From contig OX597814.1 of assembly GCA_951406725.2 (NCBI GenBank), positions 197,594,001-197,658,000 on the forward strand: a stretch of 64,000 nt of DNA, written 5' to 3'. The notes under the pieces were generated by a model. The model did no database searches and was not told the DNA's origin. It worked only from the letters and a program-made list of their open reading frames with translations. Shown one piece after another: positions 1 to 13,030 of the stretch. The first letter of the stretch is position 1. Every line of letters begins with the position of its first letter. The DNA comes from Octopus vulgaris. Its lineage: Eukaryota. Position numbers and translations under genes: made by a program.

Positions 1-388
1 CATTCCCCAAAGAATAAAATGCAGTGAAATTGTTATCAGTTTCATTTCAGTAGTGTTGGAAAGGAAATACGTTCAACTGACTTACATCACTGGGTAGGAT
101 TTGAACTTGTTGATCTCATGTGGGTGCGCTTAAGCTATCCTTATATAACCTTATGCTCTGCAATACTTCAGCTCTATCTCAATGCTTCTTTGTTGCAAAA
201 GACCAAATTTCCTTGATATGTTTCAATCGATTATGTCAGAGATCGGATAATATAATGCCTTAACATAAAATGATCCAACACATAAAACCTCTACATATTT
301 TTTGCTTACGGACCCTTTCGATTTTTATTTTACTCTACTTGAACTCCACAGCCATTAGATGTTTTTTTAAAAAATCCCATTGTTTTTG

Positions 389-728
389 TTACCTCTGCCT
401 TAGCGAAGATGGAGGTATTGTTTTCAGTCGTGTTTGTTTGTTTGTTTGTCCATGGAAAGATATCTCAAGAACCGCTGGATGGATTCGGATGAAATTTTCA
501 GGGATGTTTGGCCTCGTGTCTGGCACAAACTGATTAGATTTGGGAATCGATCCGGGACTGGACAAGGATTCTGGATTATTTTTCCGTTTTTTTTTTAACT
601 TAATTTTTGAGAACAGTCGGGTTCTTTATTAATATTTTCGTTTGTGAGAGCAGTCGAGTTTATTTCAGATATTTTCTTTTTAAAAATCATCTCAAGCTAA
701 TCGTTGAGAGGACGTTAGTATTGCCTTC
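389..728 (+). mobile_element. Helentron-associated non-autonomous element (HINE/DINE-1-like), 3' end lost
   Basis: 5' TTACCTCTGCC followed shortly by its inverted partner GGAGGTA, then a (GTTT)n tract; colinear with the complete copy at 57184-57559. Confidence 0.6.
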
Positions 729-733
729 GTGAG

Positions 734-932
734 AGCTAGAATTGAACCTACGCCGTCTAGCTACGAATGAGATCTAGAATTTCATTTTGGCACAGATAAT
801 AACAGAACGTCTATGAATTGTTCCGAAAGCATCGCGAAAGCTAGAATTGAACCTACATCGTCTAGCTACGAACGGGATCTAGAATTTCATTTTATCACAG
901 ACAATAACAGAACAACGTCTTTGAATTGTTCC
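734..932. repeat. Two-unit direct tandem repeat, 105-bp period
   Basis: AGCTAGAATTGAACCTAC...GAATTGTTCC starts at 734 and again at 839. Confidence 0.85.
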
Positions 933-2809
933 AATGTACTAACTTTCGTTCCCTTCTTTGAAAGATTTATCGAATGTCATTCAAACTAGTCCATTACAAA
1001 TATATTCCTGTCATGTCAATGTATCAACTTTTAATAAAATATACATTAAACGTACATATAAAGCATACGTAAATATTATCTAGTAAATGTGACTTTTCGA
1101 TTAAATGGTATTGTTTTCCTTCCTTCGTATACCTTTTCGCTCCATTCTTGCTGTAGTTGTTTAGTTGGCACTGTTGTTGTTGCTTCTGTTGTTCTTGTTA
1201 TTGCTGTTGTTGTTGTTGTTGTTGTTGTTGTTATGGTTATTGGTGTTTATTCAATAACTTTTGGTTGCTTAGGTCTGCGAAGTGTGTTTCTGTATCATAA
1301 ATTGTAATGTTCCCGTAGTATGTGTTTTGTTCAATTCTTATATAACGAAAACTAACCGTTGGAGTAACTCCTGGTAAAAACAATATAAATTTTTTAAAAA
1401 AAACACAAACAAAACAGCAGCAACAAGAACAACAACAACAATAATAATAATAATAGTATAACAACAACGACAATAATAGTAATAATAACACGATAAAAAT
1501 GGCGGCGTGTCTTAATGTGATTGACGTCTCGCTTTCTGTATCAGCTCTTAGTAAAGGTAGTCACGTGGTAGCATACGACCAGCAGGAAGATGGAGGAAAT
1601 GAACAATTAGATTGACAATGCTTCCAAGTAATTATTAGTTCTGCTTTAACTAGGACATTCTAACGTAAGTTTCTTATCATCACCATCATCATCATCATCG
1701 GCGTAGTGTCATTCTGTGCTTGCTGCCATCACTAAGGTACAGTATATGCCCCCTCCCCCTAACTCTGTACACTCGCACAATCCAACATGGCGAGGTGGCT
1801 TTCCATTTTCCCTTCGCTTTATTTTATTTATTTTTCCTTTCCGTTAATCTCTCTTTTCTTTTCTCTTTCCTTGACACATCTCTAACATTTATTTCTCCAC
1901 TCCCTCTCTCTCTCTCATATGTGTATACATTTCTTCCTTCCTACCTTTGTCATATATATTTAATAAACTTTTTCTATCTCTCTCACACTTATACACACAT
2001 ACAAACAATTTCTCGCTCTTACCTTCATTCTTTCATACAATCATCCATCCTCATGTCCTCTCTTCACTCTCTCTCTTAAACTATCACCCATTCTCCTATT
2101 TTATTCAACTTTTCTGTTACTTTCTCTCCACGTCTCTCTCTTCCTCTCTCTCCTCTTACACACATACACTCTCTTTATTCATTTCTTAAGTTTTACTCTG
2201 TCTCTCGCGCAATCTCCTAACATTCCCCCACTCTCCATTTCTCTGCCATTCTCTCTCCTACTTGCTTCTCTCTACCTCTATCTCTTCCATTTTCTTTTAC
2301 TCCTTACTTGTACATGCCACCAATATCCACGCACACACACACGTAATAATACATCGTACATACGACAAACATCTAAAGCATCAATTAGGAATATGTACGA
2401 TTTAAAAGTGATGTCACAGAAATACGTTACATCCAATCAGATGATTTCTTGCAATACTTAATGTATTTTACAACAGACAGCCTTTCATAAGCTCCACTAC
2501 TTTTTTTTTTTTTACAATGCACTAAATAGAATGATAGAAGTTTTGGAGATATATTTCCCCTACTTAACGTTATAAAGAGAAAACAATAATTTCTTTTGTC
2601 AAGCAGATAATCACTTTTTAGATGTACAGGTTCTGGAAAATGCTTAACTGAAGGCAGATTTTGCAAGTAAATGTGTCAGCGGTTCTTCTAATACGTTACT
2701 AATAACTATCGAAAACTTCTGAAAGTAATATCACTTACGCAGAAGTATAGTTCTTGATTCGATATCCTTTAGATCTTGTATAGATACATAGAGGATGGAT
2801 ATGTGGATA

Positions 2810-2884
2810 TCCACATATATATATGTGTGTGTGTGTGTGTGTGCATACATTTATATACATACATATCTATATATGTCACACACA

Positions 2885-2937
<53 letters not shown>

Positions 2938-3041
2938 CATATCTGTATATATATATATCTAAATGTATATATGTATATATATATATACATACATATGTAT
3001 ATATATATATATATATATATACATATATGTATATATATATA

Positions 3042-3082
<41 letters not shown>

Positions 3083-3574
3083 CATATGTATATATATGTA
3101 TATATATATATATACATATATGTATATATATGTATATATATATATATACATACATATGTATATATATGTATATATATATATATACATACATATGTATATA
3201 TATGTATATATATATATATACATACATATGTATATATATGTATATATATATATATATATAACATACATATGTATATATATGTATATATATATATATATAC
3301 ATACATATGTATATATATGTATATATATATATATACATATGTATATATATGTATATATATATATATACATATGTATATATATATATATATATATATACAT
3401 ACATATGTATATATATGTATATATATATATATACATACATATGTATATATATGTATATATATATATATATATATACATATGTATATATATATGTATATAT
3501 ATATACATACATATGTATATATATATGTATATATATATACATACATATGTATATATATGTATATATATATATAC

Positions 3575-3625
<51 letters not shown>

Positions 3626-3693
3626 TATACATACATATGTATATATATGTATATATATATATATATATATATACATACATATGTATATATATG

Positions 3694-3725
<32 letters not shown>

Positions 3726-4047
3726 TACATATGTATATATATATGTATATATATATACATACATATGTATATATATGTATATATATGTATATATATATAT
3801 ATATACATATGTATATATATATGTATATATATATATGTATATATATATATATACATATGTATATATATATGTATATATATATACATACATATGTATATAT
3901 ATGTGTATATATATATATACATACATACATATGTATATATATGTATATATATATATATATATATACATATATGTATATATACATATCTATATATACATAC
4001 ATATGTATATATACATATCTATATATATATATATGTATATATACATA

Positions 4048-4090
<43 letters not shown>
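2810..4090. repeat. Compound (TG)n/(CT)n/(TA)n-TACA microsatellite array
   Basis: Directly visible; source of the spurious YIYI ORFs. Confidence 0.95.
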
Positions 4091-4250
4091 TCTTTATTTT
4101 CTCTCCTTGTTTCTTTCTGTGTTCTTTTCTGTGGAAGAGCGTAGGCTCGAAACGTTAGGCTTTTTCACATCCTGAGCGTTATACTAATACATCCGTTTAT
4201 TGTCTACACCACCCGTCTTTGTCTTTTGTTTTTTGTGAATTTTCCCTATA
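4090..4250 (+). mobile_element. Penelope-type terminal repeat fragment with degenerate hammerhead-like motif
   Basis: TGGAAGAGCGTAGGCTCGAAACGTT at about 4131-4156; related, internally deleted copy at 16360-16460. Confidence 0.45.
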
Positions 4251-4285
<35 letters not shown>

Positions 4286-4287
<2 letters not shown>

Positions 4288-4716
4288 GGAAAATCCTGGA
4301 GGGTCTTGTCCCAAACTTTGGCATTCAAAGTTACTCCAACCGCAGAACGGGGCGCCGCTGCGTGGTGCCAAGGATTCCTACATCACCATCAAAATACAGG
4401 TCCAGATACTGCAACAGCTTGGGTTTCAGAGGACCACAGCTCTTTAACATCCTCCCTAAATGCCTGAGAGACTTACATGGTGTGGATGTTGGTTTCTTTA
4501 AAACTAAACTGGATCTCTTCTTGTTGGGAGTCCCAGATGAACCTACCTCACGACAGGAGACGCGGATGCGGGCAGCAGCATCGAACTCCCTTGTTGATCA
4601 AGTGCCACGTATCAGAGGTGGATTCACAAACTAGTGTAGCTCATTCAGCGGTGGTGCCCCAGCATGGCCGCGGCCTTCGGGCTAAAACATTTTTAATGAT
4701 TTAATGATTTAATGAT
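4286..4716 (+). mobile_element. CR1-group LINE (family 1), 5'-truncated 3' end
   Basis: Encodes WKILEGLVPNFG...[17 protein letters not shown]...RAAASNSLVDQ; stop 4632-4634; 3' UTR CCCCAGCATGGCC; (GATTTAAT)n tail; flanked by (TA)n. Confidence 0.9.
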
Positions 4717-4785
4717 ATATATACATACATACATATATATATGTATATATATCTGTATATATATGTATATATATATATCTGTGTA

Positions 4786-4822
<37 letters not shown>

Positions 4823-5084
4823 GTGTATATGTATATGTGTGTGTAAGCATATATATCTGTGTGTATATATATATATATATATATGTATATTTGTGTGTAT
4901 ATATATATATATATATATACACATACATACATATATATATGTATATATATATGTATATATATCTGTATATACATGTATATATATCTGTGTATATATGTAT
5001 ATATATATATCTGTGTATATATGTATATATATATATCTGTGTATATATATGTATATTTGTGTATATATATATATGTATATATTC

Positions 5085-5127
<43 letters not shown>

Positions 5128-5177
5128 TATGTATATATTCATATATATATGTATATATTCATATATATATGTATATA

Positions 5178-5238
<61 letters not shown>

Positions 5239-5240
5239 TC

Positions 5241-5275
<35 letters not shown>

Positions 5276-5300
5276 TACATATATATCCATACACACATAT
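4716..5300. repeat. (TA)n-rich microsatellite
   Basis: Directly visible. Confidence 0.95.
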
Positions 5301-5510
5301 ACATATATCTATAAATATATATATATGTATACAAACATATATACACGCATATATACACACAAACATATGTTTCAAACATACACCCACACGGACACACACA
5401 TGCACACACGCGATTGCACACTCACACGCACAGATAATGGCGAGAAGAAAGAGTTAGCTGTTTGAGTTGCAAGTATTTCTTATGTAAGAATAATAAATAT
5501 TTAGATGAAA

Positions 5511-5880
5511 GTAGATAGATAGATAGATAGATAGATATAACAGATAGATAGATAGACAGCTAGATATAACAGATAGATAGATAGACAGCTAGATATAACA
5601 GATAGATAGATAGACAGCTAGATATAACAGATAGATAGATAGACAGCTAGATATAACAGATAGATAGACAGACAGATAGATAGACAGCTAGATATAACAG
5701 ATAGATAGATATACAGCTAGATATAACAGATAGATAGATATACAGCTAGATATAACAGATAGATAGATATACAGCTAGATATAACAGATAGATAGATATA
5801 CAGCTAGATATAACAGATAGATAGATATACAGCTAGATATAATAGATAGATAGATAGATAGATATAATAGATAGATAGAG
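5511..5880. repeat. GATA-derived minisatellite, 29-bp unit CAGCTAGATATAACAGATAGATAGATA(G/T)A
   Basis: Unit starts at 5557, 5586 ... 5714, 5743. Confidence 0.9.
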
Positions 5881-6562
5881 ATTGGCTGGATAGATAAACG
5901 TTTACACAAGCTTAATATGTATATGAAAACAGTGAAACAATGTGGGACGAGTCCATATGTTTATAAGGGAGGTTAAGACTGCGCTTATAGTCATGTTTTC
6001 CTTGTGTGGTACATTAGCGACAGCAGGGAGTACAAACATGAATGGAATCCGAATAGTGAGCATAGCATTTCAACGTCTCTTTAGAGCCTACTTACTACTA
6101 CTACTACTACTACTACTAATGCTGTCGCTGCTGCTACCGTTGTTTCTTTCGCTCCCGTGGTTCATTGTAGTTTATTGTTATTATTATTCCCATTCAATTC
6201 ATTCGTTCATTCGATTCTTCTCTTATTGTGTATTCTAATATTCTCAAGAAAGGCTCTAAAAATTGGAATTCATTCAATCTGCAAATTTCCCCCTTTCTCT
6301 TTAAAGAAACAAATTGCCTGTATGTAAAAGCTTGTAATTAAATACTACTGGGTATGAAGGTAGGAGGAAAAGCAGAAGGAACAACAAACAACAGCAGCAA
6401 TAATAACAACAACAACAGCAATACAAACTGAGTGACTTTGATTATTCTATTATTTTTATTTTTTGTTTTACCCTAGGGTCGATCTTCAAGCACATCTGTA
6501 TGATGAGCGACATTCCAACGGCAAGCTATTCGATCGCGTGCTTGCGTGTGTGTGTTTGTATA

Positions 6563-6977
6563 TATTTCTTTATTACTCACAAGGGGGCTACACATAGAGG
6601 GGACAAACAAGGACAGACAAACGGATTAAGTCGATTATATCGACCCCAATGCGTAGCTGGTACTTATTTAATCGACCCCGAAAGGATGAAAGGCAAACTC
6701 GACCTCGGCGGAATTTGAACTCAGAACGTAACGACAGACGAAATACCTATTTCTTTACTACCCACAAGGGGCTAAACACAGGGGATTAACAAGGACAGAC
6801 AAAGGGATTAAGTCGATTAGATCGACCCCAGTGCGTAACTGGTACTTATTTAATTGACTCCGAAAGAATAAAAGGCAAAGTCGACCTGGGCGGAATTTGA
6901 ACTCAGAACGTAACGATAGACGAAATACCGCTAAGTATTTCGCCCGGCACGCTAACGTTTCTGCCAGCTCGCCTCCC
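6563..6977 (-). mobile_element. SINE family B (tRNA-like head, Meta-domain-like core), dimeric body
   Basis: Head GGCGAGCTGGCAGAAACGTTAGC, B-box GAGTTCAAATTCC, core GCCTTTCATCCTTTCGGGGTCGAT, tail AAAGAAATA; body repeated twice. Confidence 0.85.
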
Positions 6978-6992
6978 TTGTGTGAGTTGGTA

Positions 6993-7400
6993 TACTCTTA
7001 CTCTTTTACTTGTTTCAGTCATGTGACTGTGGCCATGCTGGAGCACCGCATTTAGTTGAGCAACTCAACCCCAGGACTTATTCTTTGTAAGCCTAGTACT
7101 TATTCTATCGGTCTCTTTTGCCGAACCACTAAGTTACAGGGACGTAAACACACTAGCATCGGTTGTGAAGCGATGTTGGGAGGGGGACAAACACAGACGC
7201 ACAAACATACACACACACATACATGTATATTTATCACATATATACGACGGGCTTCTTTCAGTTTCCGTCAACTATATCCACTCACAAGGCTTTGGTCGGC
7301 CCGAGGCTATAGTAGAAGACACTTGCCCAAGGTGCCACGCAGTGGGACTGAACCCGGAACCATGTGGTTGGTAATCAAGCTACTTACCACACAGCCATTC
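6993..7400 (-). mobile_element. SINE family A (tRNA-derived, internal microsatellite, LINE-like tail)
   Basis: A-box TGGCTGTGTGG, B-box GGTTCAGTCCC, ACCTTGGGCAAGTG core, tail GCTCCAGCATGGCC..CAGTC..GACTGAAAC (AAAAGAGT)n. Confidence 0.9.
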
Positions 7401-7734
7401 ATGTTATTGAGGGAGATTCGGCTGTTATTTCTAGCATAATTCAAGCGATCACACAGAGGTCTACATCCTGGTTCCAGTGACATATATATATGTGTGTGTG
7501 TAGGGGAAACTGAAGGAAGCCTATCGTATATATTATACGTGTGTGCGTCTTTGTGTCTGTGCTTGCTCCCAAACCATCGCTTGATATCCGATGTTGGTGT
7601 GTTTACGTCTACTACAGCTTCGAACCGACCAAAACCTTGTGAGTGGATTTGGTAGACAGAAACTGAAAGAAGCCCGTAGTATGTGTGTGTGTCTGTGTTT
7701 CTCCTCCACCATCGCTTGACAACCGATGTTGGTG

Positions 7735-8225
7735 TGACACAGAGTGTGACAAGGCTGGCCTTTTGAAATACAGGTACAAAAGGCGGCGAGCTGGCAGAAA
7801 CGTTAGCACACCGGGCGAGATGCTTAGCCGTATTTCGTCTGCCGTTACGTTGTGAGTTCAAATTCCGCCGAGGTCGACTTTGCCTTTCATCCTTTGGGGG
7901 TCGATAAATTAAGTACCAGTTATGCACTGGGGTCGATATAATCGACTTAATTAATACCTATGTCTGTCCTTGTTTGTCCCCTCTACGTTTAGCCCCTTGT
8001 GGGTAATAAAAAAAAAATTTTTTAATAGGTACAAAAGAAACAAGAAGAAAGAGTGAGAGAAAGTTGTGGTGAAAGAGTGCAGCTAGGTTCACCACCTACC
8101 CCTGCCAGAGCCTCGTCGAGTTTTAGGTGTTTTCGCTCAATAAATACTTATAACACCCGGTCTGGGAATCGAAACCGCGTTCCCACGACCGCGAGTCCAT
8201 TGCCCTAACCACTGGGCCATTGCGA
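7735..8225 (-). mobile_element. Chimeric SINE (family D head + family C body) interrupted by a SINE B
   Basis: tRNA head CAATGGCCCAGTGGTTAGGGC...GGTTTCGATTCCC at 8160-8225; body matches 14044-14087; split by insertion with TSD AGGTACAAAAG. Confidence 0.7.
7783..8026 (+). mobile_element. SINE family B, full length
   Basis: Family B consensus; 11-bp TSD AGGTACAAAAG at 7772-7782 and 8027-8037. Confidence 0.85.
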
Positions 8226-8619
8226 GTATATGTGTGTGTCCGTTTGTGTGTGAGCGTGCCTTTGACAGTGCAAATAAAACTGTGCGTGATTACGACCGAC
8301 CTGGACGTTTGCATGTGTTTGTGCGGGTAGAACCATGCATATATACATTCCTCATTAGTTATTTTAAATTCAGTGTATGAATTCGGCTGTCAAACTACTT
8401 TTATACATTCAAACTTCATGTTTTTATAAGCAGGTCTTTATTGAATTTTGCAACAGAAACTATTGACGCTCTGCAGATCCTCGACATTCTACTTGAGAAG
8501 ATGTACACTATTGCATATGCATAAATAAATAGATAAATATTGAAATAAATAAATAAATATTGAAACAAATGTACATATGCAACACACGACTAAACACGCG
8601 CACGCACGCATGCATAGAC

Positions 8620-8662
<43 letters not shown>

Positions 8663-8862
8663 AACGAAGTTAGATAGATGAAGTATGAAATGTATATAAA
8701 TTACAGAGGAATAATAAATGCAGAGTTAGAATGAAGTATAAGCATATTCATAACCACTATATATACAGACAAATATATAAATATATAGAGGTATATACAC
8801 ATGTATACATGCATTTGAACTCAGAACGTAAAGACAGACGAAATACCGCTCAGCATTTCGCC

Positions 8863-9158
8863 TGTCTGAGCTGTTTAGTTCGTCTACTACCCATGTGATT
8901 ACCCCTGCTCCATATATGAGTAGTGAAACCGCCCAGGTGTTGATAGCTTTAATCTTATTGTCCATTTAATTTCGACTTAAGGACCGGTCTCAGTCTGAGC
9001 AAATATTCTACCTTAAATTTTTTCTGTCATTTCTTTCTTTATCAATGTATCCATTTGCAATATCTCCAAGTACATATAGCTCGTCTCTTCTATTTGTTTC
9101 ATAACCTCCTCCGACGGTATCGCTAGTCCATCTATACATTTCATTTTACCTCTTCCAG
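8863..9158 (-). mobile_element. Dong/R4-clade non-LTR retrotransposon RT fragment
   Basis: Translates to (V)LKSKLNG/NKIKAINTWAVSLLIYGAGVITW, typical R4/Dong post-RT region; abuts (ATT)n at 9159-9195. Confidence 0.75.
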
Positions 9159-9299
9159 ATTATTATTATTATCATTATTATTATTATTATTATTATGCGA
9201 CTTAGTTTCGCAGGCTTCTTTCAGAAACCCTGTTCGTTCAGATTATGTATGTATGTATGCATGTATGTACGTATGTATGTATATTTGTATGTATGTATG

Positions 9300-9338
<39 letters not shown>

Positions 9339-9404
9339 ATGTATGTATGTATGTATGTATGTATGTATGTATGTATGTATGCATGCATGCATGCATGCAT
9401 TAGT

Positions 9405-9745
9405 TTTGCAAGATTCCTGATGTGCAATCGTGTGTTCTTGTATGTTTCGGGATGGTCATATTTTGTTTTGCTTTTGCAAATTAACACGCGCGCTATATAT
9501 ATTTGTTTTTCACTTCAGATTTATTATTGTTCATATTTCATGTCCTTTACCACTACCGCAACTCTTCCGGAATAGGAGGAGACATGTAGGATAGAGAGTC
9601 GCTGAAGAGGTCACAGGATGTGTGACGAAAGATTTTCAGATAACTTAAAATAAGAACAGAAATATATCAGATGCCAAGAACGGATATATAGCGCGTGTGT
9701 TTATTTGGCAAAAACAAAATGACCGTCTTGAAATATAACAATGCA
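9405..9745. mobile_element. Penelope-type terminal repeat fragments in inverted orientation, with hammerhead-like core at 9602-9630
   Basis: 9435-9505 is an imperfect reverse complement of 9677-9742; CTGAAGA-G-GTCACA/TGTGAC-GAAA. Confidence 0.5.
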
Positions 9746-9981
9746 TATATATGTTATATCATACTATATATATTACATACATATATTTGTAATAATACAA
9801 TGGTATGCATGAACTTAATATAGTATAAATAATTAAATAGATAGTAAAAAAGTCAGTAAATTCTATTAATAATATTGTATGTAAAAAGCTTTTCCATATA
9901 TATTTTGTGTTTTTAATGGCGTATTTTTAATGGCGTGTTTTTAATATATATATTAATAACTTCACGTAAACACTCACACGG

Positions 9982-10021
<40 letters not shown>

Positions 10022-10499
10022 ACCTTGTTTCACTTTTATATGTGCTTACTCCGGTATATATATATATATATATATATATACACTTACAGACACTCACTGA
10101 CATACATACATACATACATACATACATACATACATACATACATACATCTACATGTATAAGCGTGTCTGCGTGTAATAAAACATATGCATATAAGCGAGGT
10201 ACTGCACCGTTTCGTCTGATCATTTCAAATATTATTCAGGAAAATACTCAAGGAGTTATTAAAAGAAATATAAATTCGAGTTATGACATAAGTCTATGTG
10301 AAATCGATAAATGGATTGATCAAACTTAAAATATACGTCGTAAATCAAATACGAAGTCATGTATTATGTATGTGCTTCTCTGTTATGAATATTGCATGTG
10401 TGTGCTTCTGTATTATGAATATTGTGTGTGTGTGCTTCCGTATTTCTAGAAGTGTTTCTTTAGATTTTTAATCATCTTGTGCAAAGTCGTGATATAGTA

Positions 10500-11350
10500 C
10501 GGCTTTCATGCGTATAAGTGTGTGTGTGTCTGTATGTGTGTGATTGTGAGTGTATGTGTGTGTATGAATGTGTGTGAGTGTGTGTGTGTGCATTTGTATG
10601 TGTGTGATTGTGAGTGTATGTGTGTGTATGAATGTGTGTGAGTGTGTGTGTGTGCATTTGTATGTGATTGCATGTGTGTATATGTAAGTGTGTCTCTGTG
10701 AATGTGAGTATATGTTTAAGTGCCTGTATGTGTTATGTGTATTTATGTATGTGTGTGTATGTGCAAGTGTCTGTGTGTAGGTGCGTGTATATATGTGTGT
10801 GTGTGTATGTGTCTGTCTGTGAATGTGAGTATATGTATGTGTTTAAGTCCGTTTATGTGTATGTATGCGTATGTGCGAATGTGTGTCGATATGTGTGTGC
10901 GTATATATAAGTATGAGTGAATGTGTGTATATGTGTGTTTAAATGCATGTATGTGTATGTATGTATGCGTGTGTATGTGCGAATGTGTGTATATGGGTAA
11001 GTACATGTATGTATGTGTACATGTCTGTGTAAGCGTGTGTATGTGCGCGTGCGTGTATGTTTGCATATGTCTGAGTGTATATATATATGTGTGTGCGTGT
11101 ATGTATGTGTATGTGAGTGTGCATGGTGCATATATGAGTATGTCTGTGAAGTGTGTGTATGTCTAAGTACGTGTATGTTTATATATGTATGTGTGTATTT
11201 GAGGGTGTGTGCAGGTGTGTGTATATGAGTATGTCTGTGAAGTGTGTGTATATCTAAGTACGCGTATGTTTATGTATGTATGTGTGTATGTGAGGGTGTG
11301 TGCAGGTGTGTGTATATTTTTGTATGTAAGAGTGAGGGTGTGTGTGTGTG
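10500..11350. repeat. Degenerate (TG)n-rich region with internal duplications (about 90-bp pair at 11132 and 11223)
   Basis: Directly visible. Confidence 0.85.
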
Positions 11351-12619
11351 TTAACATTTTATACACCATAAAAAAAAATCTACGAGTGACTTATATACGC
11401 AGCGCCCATTGCAACAAGGATAATTACGCTTTCTGTATTTCCGGATCTCTCTCTCGAATTTTTCTTCATCTTAAACCTGCTCTATAACTATTCCGAATAA
11501 GGCAGTGATCTTGAAGAATATTTATAGCCTGAAAGAAAATGCTTTCTAGTTTGTTAGCTTTTGGAGGTTTTTTTTTTTTTTTTTTTTAGCTCTGAGTGAA
11601 AGTCTTACCGAAGTCAACTATGCTTTTCACCTTTTCCATATCGAAAAATATAATTCCTCAAGTGGGCGGTGGATTGGCCAGATTTTTTATAGCACCATTT
11701 TTATGGCTGGATTTTTATGCCATACTTTATTCCGACTCTTTTTGCTCTGAGTTCTTGAGCGACAAACTTAAGTGACTTTAATGGATTTCAAACTAATGCA
11801 AGCATTTGAACCAGATCATCGATTCGAGGAGAACTTCCACCGTTCTTCCTGCCAATCTTCCTGCCAAAATATTGTAGTGGGTGCGCAAAAGCAGTGTTGT
11901 GAATGCAAAAGTATTTAGATAACTTTAAGTATTTTGGGACTTAATTTGCCAGCAAAAAGACCGTAATCATTGCTAATTGTCCGTGGAGGACCTACAACCA
12001 ATAGATGTTGAAAAACACCAATAGACATTTCAAGACGTCCTCTCTCAGCGGAACGGTATATGCATTTCTAGCTTCCTGGTTATCATCAGAACTTTCTACT
12101 GTACAGGTGTTGTAGAAATATGCCCCAAACATATTTGAGTAGATTTGAATGTTTATTTATTCGCAACACCGCTTGCGCATGTCTATTATAATAATTTGCT
12201 GTAGCAGACCCGGCATCGCCTGTGGCCAGCTCATCATTTGATATTAGTTCACTGTAACAAAGCAACTGTTTCCGAAGTTCTTTCAGGGTTTTCTCTCTTG
12301 CGGTACACGGTGCTAAGGAATGAGAAATTCATTCACTATTCTGCGAAAGAAGGGCATTTTGAAATGATCGTTTGTGCATTTCAGTGCTTATCGCCTTAAA
12401 GCAAGATAGGTTCTCCATAGCAAACTATCTGTGAATCCGGCCTTTGTACAGGTCAGATACATCCCCAAATCTGTTTGTTGATGTGCGTGTGTGTATGTGT
12501 ATGTGTGTGCGGATATATCAACATACCCAGTCCGTGTTCCTTTTCTGTCAAAACAGAAAAGGAATGCGAATTAGGTACAATTAAACTTATTTCTGTCTCT
12601 AAAGCTATGTGTAATTCTA

Positions 12620-13030
12620 TTACTCTTTTACTTGTTTCAGTCATTTGACTGCGGCCATGCTGGTGCACCGCCTTTTAGTCGAGCAAATCGACCCCAGAAC
12701 TTATTCTTTGTAAGCCCAGTACTTATTCTATCGGTCTCTTTTGCCGAACCGCTAAGTGACGGGGACGTAAACACACAGCATCGGTTGTCAAGCAATGCTA
12801 GGGGGACAAACACACACACAAACATATCCACACACACACATACATATATATATATACATATATATACGACAAGCTTCTTTCAGTTTCCGTCTACCAAATC
12901 CACTCACAAGGCATTGGTCGGCCCGGGGCTATAGCAGAAGACATTTGCCCAAGATAACACGCAGTGGGACTGAACCCGGAACCATGTGGCTGGTAAGCAA
13001 GCTACCTACCACACAGCCACTCCTGCGCCT
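12620..13030 (-). mobile_element. SINE family A, full length
   Basis: Family A head, core and tail all present. Confidence 0.9.

Noticed and set aside
2769-5465. Long ORFs of up to 399 aa (also 20333-22514, 45616-46362, 49740-50241)
   Set aside because: Translations of (TA)n/(TG)n arrays, which lack stop codons; not proteins.
5511-5880. Regular 29-bp repeats resembling a CRISPR array
   Set aside because: No unique spacers, GATA-derived, eukaryotic context, no cas genes.
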